Assembly: GCA_045837725.1 (NCBI GenBank)
Contig: JBEWZL010000064.1
Location: forward strand, 372,001-436,000
Source: Vermamoeba vermiformis
Lineage: Eukaryota
Reading direction: 5' to 3'
DNA length: 64,000 nt
This document shows, in pieces, positions 1-12,581 of this stretch (position 1 is its first letter; every line of letters starts with the position of its first letter). Made by a program: the position numbers and the translations under genes. Below the pieces are notes generated by a model that did not search any database, had not been told where the DNA came from, and worked only from the letters and a program-made list of their open reading frames with translations.

Positions 1-2498
1 TTAGAGACGGAACTTTACGATCTCGAAAAGAAGTACACTACGCAACAAGTGTTCAGACCTAGACTATTGATTACTGGCACTGACGGCAATGGCCAATCAC
101 ATCTCGGTGCCGCTTTATTGCATCAACTCGAGGTAGGCATAATCGCGTTACAATATTTCAGGCGCGTGACTTACTTTCCTTATTAGGAATTCCCAGTCTT
201 TTCAGCCGATTTGTCAACTTTGCATGCCGATCTGTTCTCAAGGGTAAGTACTATGATAGGTTAATAGGAAGTACCGTGTGCTAATCATAACGTTTGTTAA
301 AAGAGTCTTGAAGAGGCCTTTGTGACACGATTCAACGAGGCCATTAAGAAGTTGCCAGCGGTGCTGTTCATTCCTCATTTGGACAAGTGGTGGAGCTTGG
401 CCACGCCTGCACTACAAGAGTCTTTTTTGACTTCAATGAAAGTACGTAACGGACCTGTCAACTTCCACTTTGACACGTGTCACATGTTACTTTTGCAAGA
501 CTCTAACGATATCTTGCCTTAGGATATCGAACCAACCTTGCCTTTACTATTAATAGCAACGGCGGATAATACTTTAGAAGAGCTACCAAATGACTTTAAA
601 CATATATTCACGGTTGATAATATCGTTGAAAGTCGCACTCCGACATCGGTAAGCTTTCACTAATTTAATGTGACAGTTATTAATACGGTCCCTATAGGAG
701 GCTCGTGAGGAGTTCTTCCAAGACATCTTCAAGTTAATCACAAAGCCTGCTTTACGAAAGAGAAAGCGAAGGAAGATGAAAGAATTGCCTCTCGCGCCAC
801 CGCCAGCACCAAGGGAACCCACGCCTGAAGAACGTGAGGCACAGCGACAAGCCGATGAATATCCTTTTAACTATCATATATATTGCTGTAATCATTGTTT
901 TATGAGTCCTTAACTGCTTAATACGCATTATATGAGGTTGCTTCGAATGGAGATCCGTGACATTTTGGACAAGATCCGCGGTCAAAGGAAATATCAAAGC
1001 TTCTTCAAACCAATGGTAATGTTCAACGCTTGGTGCCTAGATATTAAAATATTAATATGAGTGTCAATATAGAGCTTAGAAATGTATCCAGATTATTACG
1101 AAGTGGTCAAGGAGCCTATGGATCTGCTGACCATTCAACGACGCAATGACGAGAACTATTACATCACCTTCGATATGTTCTTAGAGGACCTCAACCTCGT
1201 CATGTCTAACGTTGGGCTATACTTCAACGAGTATAATGACCACAGCCACTTGTTGAGCAAAGTACGTACTTGCACGCGTGTGACATTTTTTTCTCACGGA
1301 AATTAATCGGGCATTGATTGATAGGTACGAGCCATGCGAGACTTGATTAGTGCACTGTTCGTCGAAGTGTCAAAAGAAACTGTCATCAATTGCAATGAGA
1401 TTGCCAAATCGGGACGAGTTGTTCCGGGCAAGAAAGTTCCGCCACAACTGCCGCCCAAACCAATGCCCATTGACTTAGTGAACGAACCACATACGGAGCA
1501 CGTTCGTGAAGGTACGTCGGAAGATCTCCGATTTGACACGTGTCACTTTTTTTGACACTTCATTTACAGAAGAGAATCGACGTCACAGCGCGAGACTGAA
1601 AGGCGAAACTATTGCCGAAGAAGTGTTGCACTCATTTGCAGAGGATGCTGTGCGCGAGAAAAAGAGAAGAAAAAAAGAGCAACAAACACTCCCGAAAGAA
1701 AATCAAGACGAGCTGTCGCATAGTGAGGACGAAGAGAAGTCTCATAGCCAAACTAATAGAGAGAAGGAAGATAAGTCGAGCAAAGACAAGGACAAGAATA
1801 AAGATGTCAATAAGAACAAAGAAAACGGAAGTTTTTCTGAGAAAAAATCGCTCAAAAGAAAGAGAGACGAACACGAGGAAGATCATGAGCAAGACGAAGA
1901 AAGTACTTGGTTTAAATCGAAGAAAAGACCACGCACTGACAGCAATCTGTCAAAGAATAACAACAACAGGCCCAGTAATAAGAGCCCGCCAAGTAAGAAA
2001 AATACTAAAGATGAAGAAAAAGAAGAAAAATCAACGGTGGATCTGAGCGTGGAAGAATCGGTCGAAGAACGATCAATGTCGACAAAGGACAGCGTGGCTT
2101 TAGCATCGAACTATCACGCCAATAACAACAACAATGAGCATAATAATATCAATCAGGCTAATTCGAGCGAGAAGATTACGTTCAATATTGATCCGGATCT
2201 GCTCCCTGTAAATAATAATGAAAATGGTACTGCTGCGCAGATGCAAGTGGTTGAAGAAGAAAGCGAATCAGAAGAAGAAGAAGAGCCTATTCAACCAATC
2301 GAAATCGATCAAAAGAAATTGATTCGATTCAAACTCTCGCTAGTGGCCAAAACTGACGGGATGTCGGTGGATCAGCTGCACTCGGTGTTCGTAGCGCTGC
2401 AGAACTGTGCTTATGAAGAACGATTTAATCATCAACGTAATGCGTTATTGTCAAATATGAAGAAGACTTTGTATCAGTTAGTTGATAATACGCCTTAA
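1..2498 (+). CDS. ATAD2: ATAD2/Yta7-like AAA+ ATPase with bromodomain, 3' part (multi-exon, 5' end outside window)
   Basis: Degenerate second AAA domain (FRPRLLITGTDGNGQSHLGAALLH, VLFIPHLDKWW), then bromodomain (YPDYYEVVKEPMDLLTIQRR...FLEDLNLVMSN), an acidic low-complexity tract, and C-terminal LVAKTDGMSVDQLHSV; stop at 2498. Confidence 0.85.
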
Positions 2499-2622
2499 AG
2501 TTCCTTTAGAGCACTTTGAATAAACCACGTTTGACGCACAAATCTGTCTCATTATTATGATTTAATTGTCGGTTAACCCAGTCCATGTGACATTAATTAC
2601 AGTAAATTGTGACAAGATTTAT

Positions 2623-4315
2623 TTACATTTTCATGAGCGAGATTGGGAAAGGAGCACGTGACGCAAAAGTATCGAGTATTGCGTCGCTGACTTGTGCGTC
2701 AGTGGATCTGGTCCGCCAATCACCGGGACTATTGCCAGTCAATAATATAACCATATTCTCGAGGTTCTTTAGTGCTGTCAACTTCATCAAATCATCGCTA
2801 GTAATGTCTCGCAATTGACATCGTCGGAACTCGAGTTGAGTTAAATTTGATAAATTTACAATCTGGTCCAATAATTCATTCGCCAGCGTCATGTTGCCTA
2901 AATGCAAATATCGTAATTGCTGCAAATGATTCAGTGAACTGTAATGTTCCGCTTTGATTTGACAGCTCGTCAAGCTGAGTTCGTGAAGCTGTGTCATATT
3001 GAATATGAACTCTAAGACCTTTGAACAGAGCGTGTTGTTTTTGCCTGTGCCGAAATAATCCAGGCTTAATAAATTTGATAATTTTTGATAGTGCTGCAAG
3101 AAAATAAATGCTGATTGATATTCTCCAACTAAAGTCAATTCTCGTAGTCTCGGCATAATAATCTCGACTTGCTGATTGATCGGAATGAAGTCCGTGTCGG
3201 TCATGTGCATTGACAAATAAGGAAATGCTGTCAAAACTTCTCGCGGCATGTCCGTGATTTTTCCGTGGCACAGGCCGAGATTTAAGTGCACCAAATTAGT
3301 CAATTTCGTTAATGGCGTGAACATACTCGCTGAGATCGGGTATAATAACAAATTGTCTAAATGGAGCCGTGTCAATGACTGCAAACATGTCAAAAGTCCA
3401 ACTGCGTGATTGACACTTCGTTCAGTAACTACTGACATGTTTGACAGTGTTATTTTTGACGCTGCAAATGACTTGAGATTGGTCAGTTGTGAGATCCAAG
3501 TTAATTGAGGCAGATCCGTTGCGTTTCGATTAACGATCGATAGCTCTTCCAAAAAAGGCAATTTTGCGATGTAATCTGCACTAGGATCCGGGTCGAATAG
3601 ATGCAAAGACTTGAGTTGTGTTAATTTCGTCAAGAATCTTGGTTTGAGTGACATAGATCTGGCTACATTGATCGATAGTGAGGTTAATTTCGTGGATAAT
3701 GATAATTTTGTGATACTAATAGCTGTCGTTAATACTGTCAAGCCTCTTAATTGCTTCAACGCTGAAATTTTTCTGAGATCTTCTTTGTCCAACGGGAGGT
3801 AATAGCCCAACGCCGTCAAGTGCGTCATTTTTACCAAATAAGGCAATACTTGCTGATTTATGCCTGACCAACCACTGTTCAGCGGAGAAAACTCCGATTC
3901 ATGAAGCATTAAGTGCAAACTTTTGAGCCGAGTTAATTGACCCAAAAAAGTATATCCTTCGAATCCTGACAGCGTGATCTTGAGTGATCGGAGATTAGCA
4001 AGCTTTGCAAATATTTTTGTTGCCAATTTGTCCGATAAAATGCGCGATCCAGAGCTGAAACTGAGCGTGGCGCGTAATGCAGCAGTTTGAAATCTCTTCG
4101 AAGTTTCTTGAATTGAAGCTAACCTCCATGCTACAATAATATATTAATTAGAATCGTTATTATCGGAATTTTTAATGTTAATTAATGATTTGTAATTATA
4201 GAGAAGAATACTTACATGGAAGATATTGCAAAATTAATTGTAATAGCTCTTCAGGAAGATCATTAATTCCTAGTTTAGGCTCTATTCCGTTCTTTAATAT
4301 ATATTGGTTAATCAT
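2623..4315 (-). CDS. F-box / leucine-rich-repeat protein (2 exons)
   Basis: Exon 1 from ATG 4315 encodes INDLPEELLQLILQYLP (F-box), GTAAGT donor; exon 2 runs into the 467-aa ORF with many LxxLxxLxL repeats. Confidence 0.8.
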
Positions 4316-4710
4316 AATGCTAACGTGACCCAAAGGAAAAAGTAAATTGGATCAGAAAAAATTGAATTATTTTCAAGCTCCAAATATTTGATTTAAAGTG
4401 GAAAATGGCACTCACGTGAACATTAAGTACCAGAGAAAATTTTAAAATATTTTTTAAAGCATAAATAGGCGGCGGATCAGAACAAACATTACCTGTTGCA
4501 AATCCATGAGAATTTCAATTCATATATCTATTATCGACTCTTTCTTCGCATCAAGTATTAATACAACGTGGTATTTGATCTCGATCTATAGAACTTATGT
4601 TATTAAATCAAAAAAGAATTATTTTTCGTTTGAACTTTTCAATCTCCTTTATTGAGATACAAATCATTGATTGAAGAAGTTTTATTGATGTTAATATATG
4701 TACAAAGTAC

Positions 4711-5665
4711 TTATATTCTAGCCATCTCATCAGGGTGCATAGTTGCGTTAGCCGGACTGGCTTTTTTTGCTATGAACATAATGATGAACATTACAGCGCG
4801 ATGCAAGAACATCATTAGACACGCAAAGCCACCGACCTCGCCGATCCATTGGTCAGGAGTATAAATATAATACTCGGTTTCGGTCCAGTAGCCTTGTTTA
4901 GCAAAAACAAAGTCTACGTCGATTACGTTTTCTTGAGTCGGCAGATTTACTGGTGCCGCCGAATAAAGCACGCGGAATTCTCGTTCATTTGTGCCATCGA
5001 TCTCAGTCACGTTGTAGAATGTCAGCCAAACCATTGTCACGTGACCGACTTCGGCAATAAAAGTGTTTTGTTCGTCGAGTACAGGCGGGGATCCAGAATC
5101 ATGCACGAACACGGTAGCGCCGAGAATAGGTTCTTTGACACCATCATATGTAGTGTTCATAGATAAAGTCACTGCCAGTTCATCGCCAGCACTCGTTGAG
5201 AGAACAGATCCGTCGCTATTGAAAGTGAAGCAGTTTCTTGGTATTCCTTCTAATGTTACGGATACGGTTGTTATAGTAGAGCTACAACTGTTCATTGCCA
5301 CTCCGTTTTGCTCGTAGATGCATTCTAAAGGAGTAAGAGGGTTGGATTCAGGGCAGAAAGTAACTGCAGGGAAATTAATCGACGGGGTTGGTGTCCAAAA
5401 TGCTTGTGTTGCAGGCTGATGATTGTAGGCGTTATATCCTCGGACTCCTGAATATTTCAGAAAACGATTAATTAGATTGTGGTTTTAGGTTATAAGGTAG
5501 TTCTGGATTTCGTTTCAAAAATGCGTTTTGCCGCCAAAAGAAGGTTAAATTATTATTACCTGCGAATATTACAACAACGAGGAAGAAAAGAACGCCGAGA
5601 GCGATTTCAAATCCTCGTCCAACTCGGATCGCCTTTGGTGATGCACCTGACTCGAACCAAACCAT
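4711..5665 (-). CDS. Small two-TM DEG/ENaC-like ion channel subunit, 280 aa (exons 5665-5560, 5447-4711)
   Basis: TM1 (IALGVLFFLVVVIFAGV), post-TM1 SINFPAVTFCP, RNCFTFN, GATVFVHD..PP, VDFVF...Y..ETEYY.Y, and pre-TM2/TM2 WIGEVGGFACLMMFL; motifs occur in DEG/ENaC order. Confidence 0.7.
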
Positions 5666-5982
5666 TTGTTATGTTGCTTGTGGTCTGAATTTAATAATTG
5701 ACCGATAACGCCTATTACCCGATTTTGTTACCGCGGTAAAGATAGGAAATTAATCGCCTATTTATAGTTATGAATGAAATCTCTTATTGATCTTATTCGT
5801 TTGATTTCATAATATATGCGTATAATAGTATAGGAAATTAGAGCGATCGGCCATACGTGCAATTTAACGTGAGACTATTAATAGGCATCTGAAAAATGGA
5901 TTCACTGACACTTTGACACCGAGTTGCCTTCAACACTAAATACGCGATATTATTGGTTATATTAACAAGTTGATAAGCGCTA

Positions 5983-7910
5983 CTAATCATCATCGTCTTC
6001 TTTAATTTTCTTCTCTTCAGCTGCTTTCTTCTGATTGTTTTCGTTGCCTGCTTCAAGCCACGCGTGCCACTTCTTAATCCGTTCTTGTTCTTGTTCTTCT
6101 GACTCGCGTACATCGTAGTTGGTAAATCCGTCGTAATATTCTGCTATTAATTGTCGCTTGGCGAACCACCGGCCATTCATTAACTTGAGTAATTATTTGG
6201 GTCAGATCCAAAATTCTTTTAGAGCGATCTTCGTAATTACACTTACATTAATGCATTTCTCGGCAGCTGTAGTCATTTTGAATTTTATAATTACAACTCC
6301 ATCCGGATTATTCTGAAAAAAATAGAAGCGTTAGATCTCATCTGGACTTGCTACGACTCTCTTTGTAATACTATATAGGTATGATAATAATCGTTACCTC
6401 GAATATTTTAATGGTTTGAATTTCTCCGCATCGACCGGCTTCTATTTCAAGATCGTTCTTCAACTCTTCAAAGAACGTAAACGGATCCTCTTTTGCTTCT
6501 GAAGGGTGGAACAAGTGTTTAATGACGACTATACGGCTCTCTTTGTCTTCCCATCCAAGCTCCCTGGTAAATAAAGGTGTTAATTACAGCCCGTGTACGC
6601 GAAAAAGAAGCGATCCGAATCCGAAAACTAGGGAAGTTAGGATCGAAAGTTGTAGCGCGTGCACAAATACCAAGGCTTCTATTTTATACGTACTGTTCTT
6701 GGTTATAAAGCTTCTTTTTCTTCTTAGAGGGCTTGCCTTTCTTTTTCTGACCGCCACCTTGCCCTTTTTTATGTTCGAACGAGGCCTATAAACAAGATGT
6801 TGTTAATATATCCTTACCTAGTATTTAAGGTGTACGTGTATGCCTTAAAATGGGTTTGAAGTTGGCTTTGTAACGAAATAAAATTGATAAAAATTTAACT
6901 TTCATGAATTCTTACCTCTGCTACTTTGATAACAAAACCAGGCTTAAATTCAGTCTCATCGAGTAAATTAATAGCCAATGGCACCGATTCTGGTCTGAAG
7001 TACGTTACAAGGCCGGTAACTTTGTCAGCGCCTTCTTCTTTCGGGTACACTTTGACCTTGTATTCCACTAGCAAACAAATGTTAATCTCGTTTAAATCTC
7101 GGTATTATTCGAAGAAAATAATATCAAATTTTCGATTGTAGCTCAACAGCGAGTTAAAATAAATTTAAATATTAATTTAGATCTGGTTCTTCGAGGCATT
7201 ATATCACTTACGTGTTTCCTCGTCCTTCTTAATAATTCCGCATTTGTTAAAGTACTCGATGACCTCTTCTACTTTAGTATCGAGCGGCAAGCCAGTGATG
7301 TACACGGAGCTATTTTGCTTTGGTGGTGCGTTCTTGTCCTTCTTTTTCTTAGGTCTCTTTCTCTACAAACGGCGATTAATAACCAATGTTGTTATTTAAA
7401 AGTTATATTAGTCAAAAGTACCTTTTTATCGCCTTGGTTCTGTTGCTGTAACTCGTCCATGCCTTCAAGCTCCTAAAATGATTAAACGATAAACATCCCG
7501 CTTTAAAAAATATAAGTACTTGTTTTGCTATTCAATACTTACGACTGGTTGCTCGTCTAAGCCTGGAAAGACTTGTTGATCTGCTGAGTACTAAAAAAAA
7601 ATTATCTTAGCGATTAAATTTCAAAATTAAGTCATACAAATTATCTACGCTGCATAGCACATTTTTCAAAAATATTTGAATTATTAATTGACGTCACTGA
7701 AGAAAAAAAACTCACGCGAGGGATCCAAGTGTTGGCAGCTGTGCTCCATTCAAGTTCTCCTTGGTCTGTTTTCGCTATCCACACGCCAGCTTCATTATCA
7801 AACTCCATTTTGTAGCCTTCAGTGCTTACAGGCGCTACATCTGCACTTTGCGCGGGAGCTTCAGATGCGACCGCTTGTCCGTCGGTCGTAGGTTTTTCTT
7901 CAGTCGACAT
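5983..7910 (-). CDS. HTATSF1: Tat-SF1/Cus2 U2 snRNP-associated splicing factor (RRM + UHM), multi-exon
   Basis: SVYITGLPLD...YFNKCGII, LVTYFRPESVPLAINLLDE, LGWEDKESRIVVIKHLFHP, NPDGVVIIKF, MNGRWFAKRQLIAEYYDGFTNY...EQERIKKWHAWLE. Confidence 0.88.
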
Positions 7911-8109
7911 TACTAATATATATATTACAAATACACGGTTGCTATCAATAATAACGAACAAAAATGAGCTCGTCGTCGACAGCTAAGATTTTTCTTCGCC
8001 ATCATAAAATTGATAAAATTTCGAAAAGAAACCTCGCGATTATCTAGTTGAATGTCTTTATACAACCCTAAGTACTTGTTATTATTTTACAATTGGTTCG
8101 AAAGTTTCT

Positions 8110-10447
8110 TTAGGACTGCACATTCTCATTTGAGACAAGTCTGAACTTGGCGAACATGAACGGATATCTGTCTTGGTACCAGTTCCTATTAAAGATGCAA
8201 TAGGTTAGAACTAACGATATACCATAATAAGGCAATCTATATTGCGTACCTGAAGCTTGGTCGGATCAGTTTGAGATCTGTCGCGAAGCTAGCGCCCTTG
8301 ATAACGTAGTGCTTGCCTTCAAAGAAGTCCGAAGAGTATCCAGGATAGTGCTGCAAAAATAACTCGTGTCAGATTCAAGAATTGATGTGATTCTATTCGT
8401 TCATTCGAAATCTCTCTTATTGAAATTGTGCTGCCACAATGCACTTACCGGCATCGCCTCGAAGCCCTCTAAAGGTCCAAAAGGTGTGCTGGTCCATTCC
8501 CACGCATCGCCGATCAAGTCATGCACGCCCCACGCACTAGCGCCCTTGGGATGAGTGCCGACTGGAGTTGGGGACCAGCTGTTCCAATCAACATTGCAGT
8601 GCTCGGGTGTGAGTGCTTCATTGCCCCAAGGATATTTCCTGCAGCGCCTTATTATTATCCAGCTCATACATTAAGTGTAAGCTCGTGCGTACCTCTCGGA
8701 ATTGTCATTCGGGCTCGTGTAAGCAGCTCGCTGGTACTGCGCTTCGGTCATCAAAGATCTGCCTTTCCATTTAGCATAGGCTGTAATTAGAATAGGAATT
8801 AATCCATAGATGTGACTAACGAGTGCTAATGTGAATTACCAGTAGCTTCAGCCCAGCTCACAAACACGGGCCAATTAACAACTTGCGCAATTGGAATCTC
8901 TTCAGAGAACAATAGTTTAACCTAGATATTAAGCGGATTAGAGCAAAGTCTAAGAATAAACCGTGGTATTAGAACTTACAGCGTAAGATCCGTCTTCGTG
9001 TTGTCGCCAGAACACGGGATGTTTCATGTTTTCCTTTTCTTTCCAGATCCAGTCCTCAGGTCTCCAGTTCTGTGGGTTGTCATATGCTCCACTCGTAACG
9101 AACTCCAAGAACTCGCCATTGGTTACGTTCAACGAGTCAATAGTGAAGGCTGGAACATCAACCTGAATTAATTAAGTTAGACACCTTTGGATCTAACATT
9201 CCACGAATGGACCGAAAAGTTATTGTACTATTACTAGGATTGCATCTTTTTTTGCTAATTTTAGGTCAGATTTTTCTTTCGAACGGTTCGCGTTCTAGAA
9301 TCGTTGAGAATATGACTTACTTGTGATTTAGAAAATTCGTTATCCCAACCCCACTCAATTTCATCAAAGTTTACGCCAAGAGTGACCTTGCCGGCAGGGA
9401 TGTGGATTTGGTTCTTTTGTACTTGCGAAGGACCAGTGATCGGGGCTGGAATCCAGTTGGGCTTGTGCTTATATTTGCCATCGAGCTGTTGGTACATGTA
9501 CAGCAGCGTCTCTTGATGCATCATCTCGTGCTCCAGGCCTAAGTGATAAACACGGACTTTTTTCCATAAAAGGAAAAATTAGCGTTCCGTTTAGATTATA
9601 ATTTTATTACCAACGATCATATTATTATTATTTATATTCTTAAATTTGTTGCTCGACTTACGATTTGAGGTCCACTTATTTTCCGTCGTGTTTTTTGCCT
9701 GATCAAAGGCTTCTAAAATCTTCTCGTGGCATTGTTGCGCATAGTCCTTAACTTGCTCGTATGAAGGCCAGCCTGAGTTCTCTTTAGGACACTCCGAATG
9801 CGAATGGATTTTCGTTGGATCCATAACATCCGGATCAATTCCGCGCTCGAACATGTTGTCATACTAAAATCGGACTAATTAATAAGATCGCTATCAAGTG
9901 CATAATATCGTTCTATAGAAATCGTATTAATTGAAAAAAAACGGGGATTAATGTGCGGATGCATCCAGACCCAGATAACTTCGAGAAATTGATATTCAGT
10001 ACGCGCACATAGACGCAGCGTATTTCGTAAGGATGATTTGGGCACTCCATTTGAAAATAGCAATTATTTAACGGAGATCTCAGAGCAATTTTTTGAAAGG
10101 ACGCAACGATTAGCGCAAAATAAATTTAATTAAGCTTGATTCAATTTTGTTTGACTATAAAATAGTATAATTTACTATTAACATATTAAAATTAATCCAA
10201 CAAAATTCGTAACACGATATGGATTGGATCTATTACTTACGTCCTCATTGAATGGCTCCTCTTTGCAAACCTTTCTATTGACATGAATATAGTTGAAACC
10301 GGCAATGTGGCCAACATAGAATAAGAAAGGATGTCGCAGCTCGATCGGCTTGACGAGAAGGGCATCTCGGGTAAGAAATCCGTCGAAGAATGTTTCAGAA
10401 CGAGCCCATAACTTTCTAAATTGTGCTTCTAAATGTCGTTTATCCAT
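8110..10447 (-). CDS. egtB: Ergothioneine sulfoxide synthase (DinB-like + FGE-sulfatase-like; Egt1/EgtB family), about 9 coding exons
   Basis: KPIELRHPFLFYVGH, FERGIDPDVMDPTKIHSHSE, iron-binding EHEMMHQETLLYM, WGWDNE, VTNGEFLEFV, YPWGN, GVHDLIGDAWEWT, YPGYSSDFFEGKHYVIKGASFAT, RPSFRNWYQ. Confidence 0.88.
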
Positions 10448-10771
10448 ATTTACTGTCCCGAAGCGTTAGCTTAAAACTCAAGGGATGCAGAAATAGCAAG
10501 AGCTCTTAACTAACCTTTTGTTTTGTTGCTTGAAGACTTCGATTTGGGTAATGTCAAAAGGTATTAGAATTCCGCCTGTTTAATGCCAAGTGGGCGAATT
10601 CTGGCTGATTTTTTGGTTGGGGAAATAGATCGCACGACTTTTCATGTGCTTTTTAACCTTAATTTGGTGAAAAGTCCGTCTCGGCGATTTTGGCAGACTC
10701 CTCCGTCCGAACCTTCCCTCATCATTCTTCCAGAAGTAATCTAGATTACGACCACACCTCTTCAAGTAACA
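10448..10771. promoter_or_regulatory. Candidate bidirectional promoter between egtB and egtD start codons
   Basis: Only 324 nt separate the divergent ATGs; the interval includes a probable minus-strand 5'-UTR intron of egtB (CTAAC...CAG just upstream of ATG 10447). Confidence 0.5.
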
Positions 10772-12397
10772 ATGGCTACAGACGTAATCCGCGCCGCGAT
10801 CCCTTTGCCTAAGTAAGGATCCTTTCCGCCGCTTCAAACTACTATTAGCAAATTTATAAACACCAACAACAATCGCATCATATATTTACCGCGATTATAG
10901 ATTGTCGTTCTGGTTGTCCTTGTTCTTTATAGTTCACCAAATCCGGACTTTCAGAGCGCATGACTAATTTATCATTAATTTAGGGTTTCGCAACACAAAG
11001 TCGACGAAAGATTTAATCTTATTCAATACCAAACCAATCTCGAGTCTTTCTCTTCGAACGTAAAGGATGGATTGGGCGCTAAAAACAAACAACTTAGTCC
11101 TGCTTTCCTCTACGACGAGCGCGGTTCAAATCTCTTCGAAGATATTTGCAAGCTCGACGAATACTATTTAACCCGTTCAGAAGCCGAGATCTTGGAAAGT
11201 AAATCCCCCGCGATCGTGGAACCCTTCGACAAAGAAACTGTAGTTGTCGTAAGTATTAATTATAGCTATCATAGCATCACGATCCTCATATAATATGATA
11301 AATTGAAGGAAAGTCGCGCGTGACCCGTCGTCAGACTTTAAATTTATTACCAAATTTGTAACGCTATTTCCAGCTTTTCTTAAATAATATTCCCTGAAAT
11401 TATGCACTTGTATTATTGATTTGTTGAATTAACGTAATATAATGTTTAGGAACTCGGATCTGGCAGCTCTATTAAGACCAGACTGTTGATCGACGCTTAC
11501 ACTCGCCGTCATAACGGCATGCATTACGTGCCTATTGATATCTCCAGTACGATGCTCAAAGAGAGCTCGCAAGATATGTTAAAGAGCTTTAACAAGCTGA
11601 AAGTAACTGGTATTGCCGCTGAGTATCGCGAGGCTTTGCGCCATCTGGCTGCATCTCGCGAGTTCAGAGACAAGCGAAAATTGGTTTTATGGCTTGGCTC
11701 GAGCATTGGAAACTTTAACAGAGCACAGGCGTTGCAATTTATGACCGAAATCAGAACTTTGTTGAAGCCTGGTGATTGTTTCTTGCTCGGAGTGGATTTG
11801 AAAAAAGACGAAAAGTAAGTGCCTTTACTCCTCGTTATTATCGACATTTTTAGTCATATTTAATCATATTTGAATATTACTACGATAGTTGTAAGCCAAT
11901 TTGACAGCAAAACTAACGCGCATTTCTCAATCTAGCATTCTTGTTCCTGCTTACCACGACTCGAAGGGAGTGACCGAAGATTTCATTAAGAACGTGCTTC
12001 GTCGAATTAACAACGAGTTGGGAGGCGAATTCGATTTGAACCAGTTCACTTACAGCGCCATCTACAACCAGATCGAGGGCGCTATTGAAATGAGATTGGT
12101 TAGCAACGTAGAACAAACTGTAAATATTTCTTCGTTGAATATGGACGTTCAATTTAAGGAAGGAGAAGCCATTTTTGTTGAAAGCAGCTACAAGTAAGCA
12201 AAAATGAATTTCAGATGTAATTTTGATTAAATTACTAACGGTCAAAAAATAGGTATAACCAAGATGATATTGAGACATTGGTTAAAAATTCTGGTTTTAC
12301 CTTAACTCAGCAATGGTTTGATTCAAATAACCGATTCAGCTTGAATCTGCTGACTGTCCCCGACCAAAAGTCCACGAATCCGCTCCAATATTTGTAA
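10772..12397 (+). CDS. egtD: L-histidine N-alpha-trimethyltransferase (EgtD, Methyltransf_33), 5 exons
   Basis: Exon 1 ATG 10772 (MATDVIRAAIPLP, GTAAGG donor) joins in frame to the exon at 10984; motifs FLYDERGSNLFEDICKLDEYYLTRSE, ELGSGS, YVPIDIS, WLGSSIGNF, LLGVDLKKD, AYHDSKGVT, VESSYKY. Confidence 0.92.
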
Positions 12398-12581
12398 AAT
12401 AGCAACGACATTATGCGTAATGAATAAATAATGATTAATTTTAATCTCTGCTGCCGTGTTCGTTAAAAAGGTCCATGACAACTGAATGCCAAAAAACTTT
12501 ATTAGACTGACTGGCTTGGGTCCCTTTACTATATATTATTATACAATTGCATCTTATTCATGTATTTTGAGGTCTGTTTCT

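Noticed and set aside
8110-10447. Ovothiol synthase OvoA assignment (LRHPxxFYxGH resembles OvoA)
   Set aside because: No GVDEMSWDD motif or C-terminal methyltransferase; the FERGIDPDV motif and adjacent EgtD favour ergothioneine.
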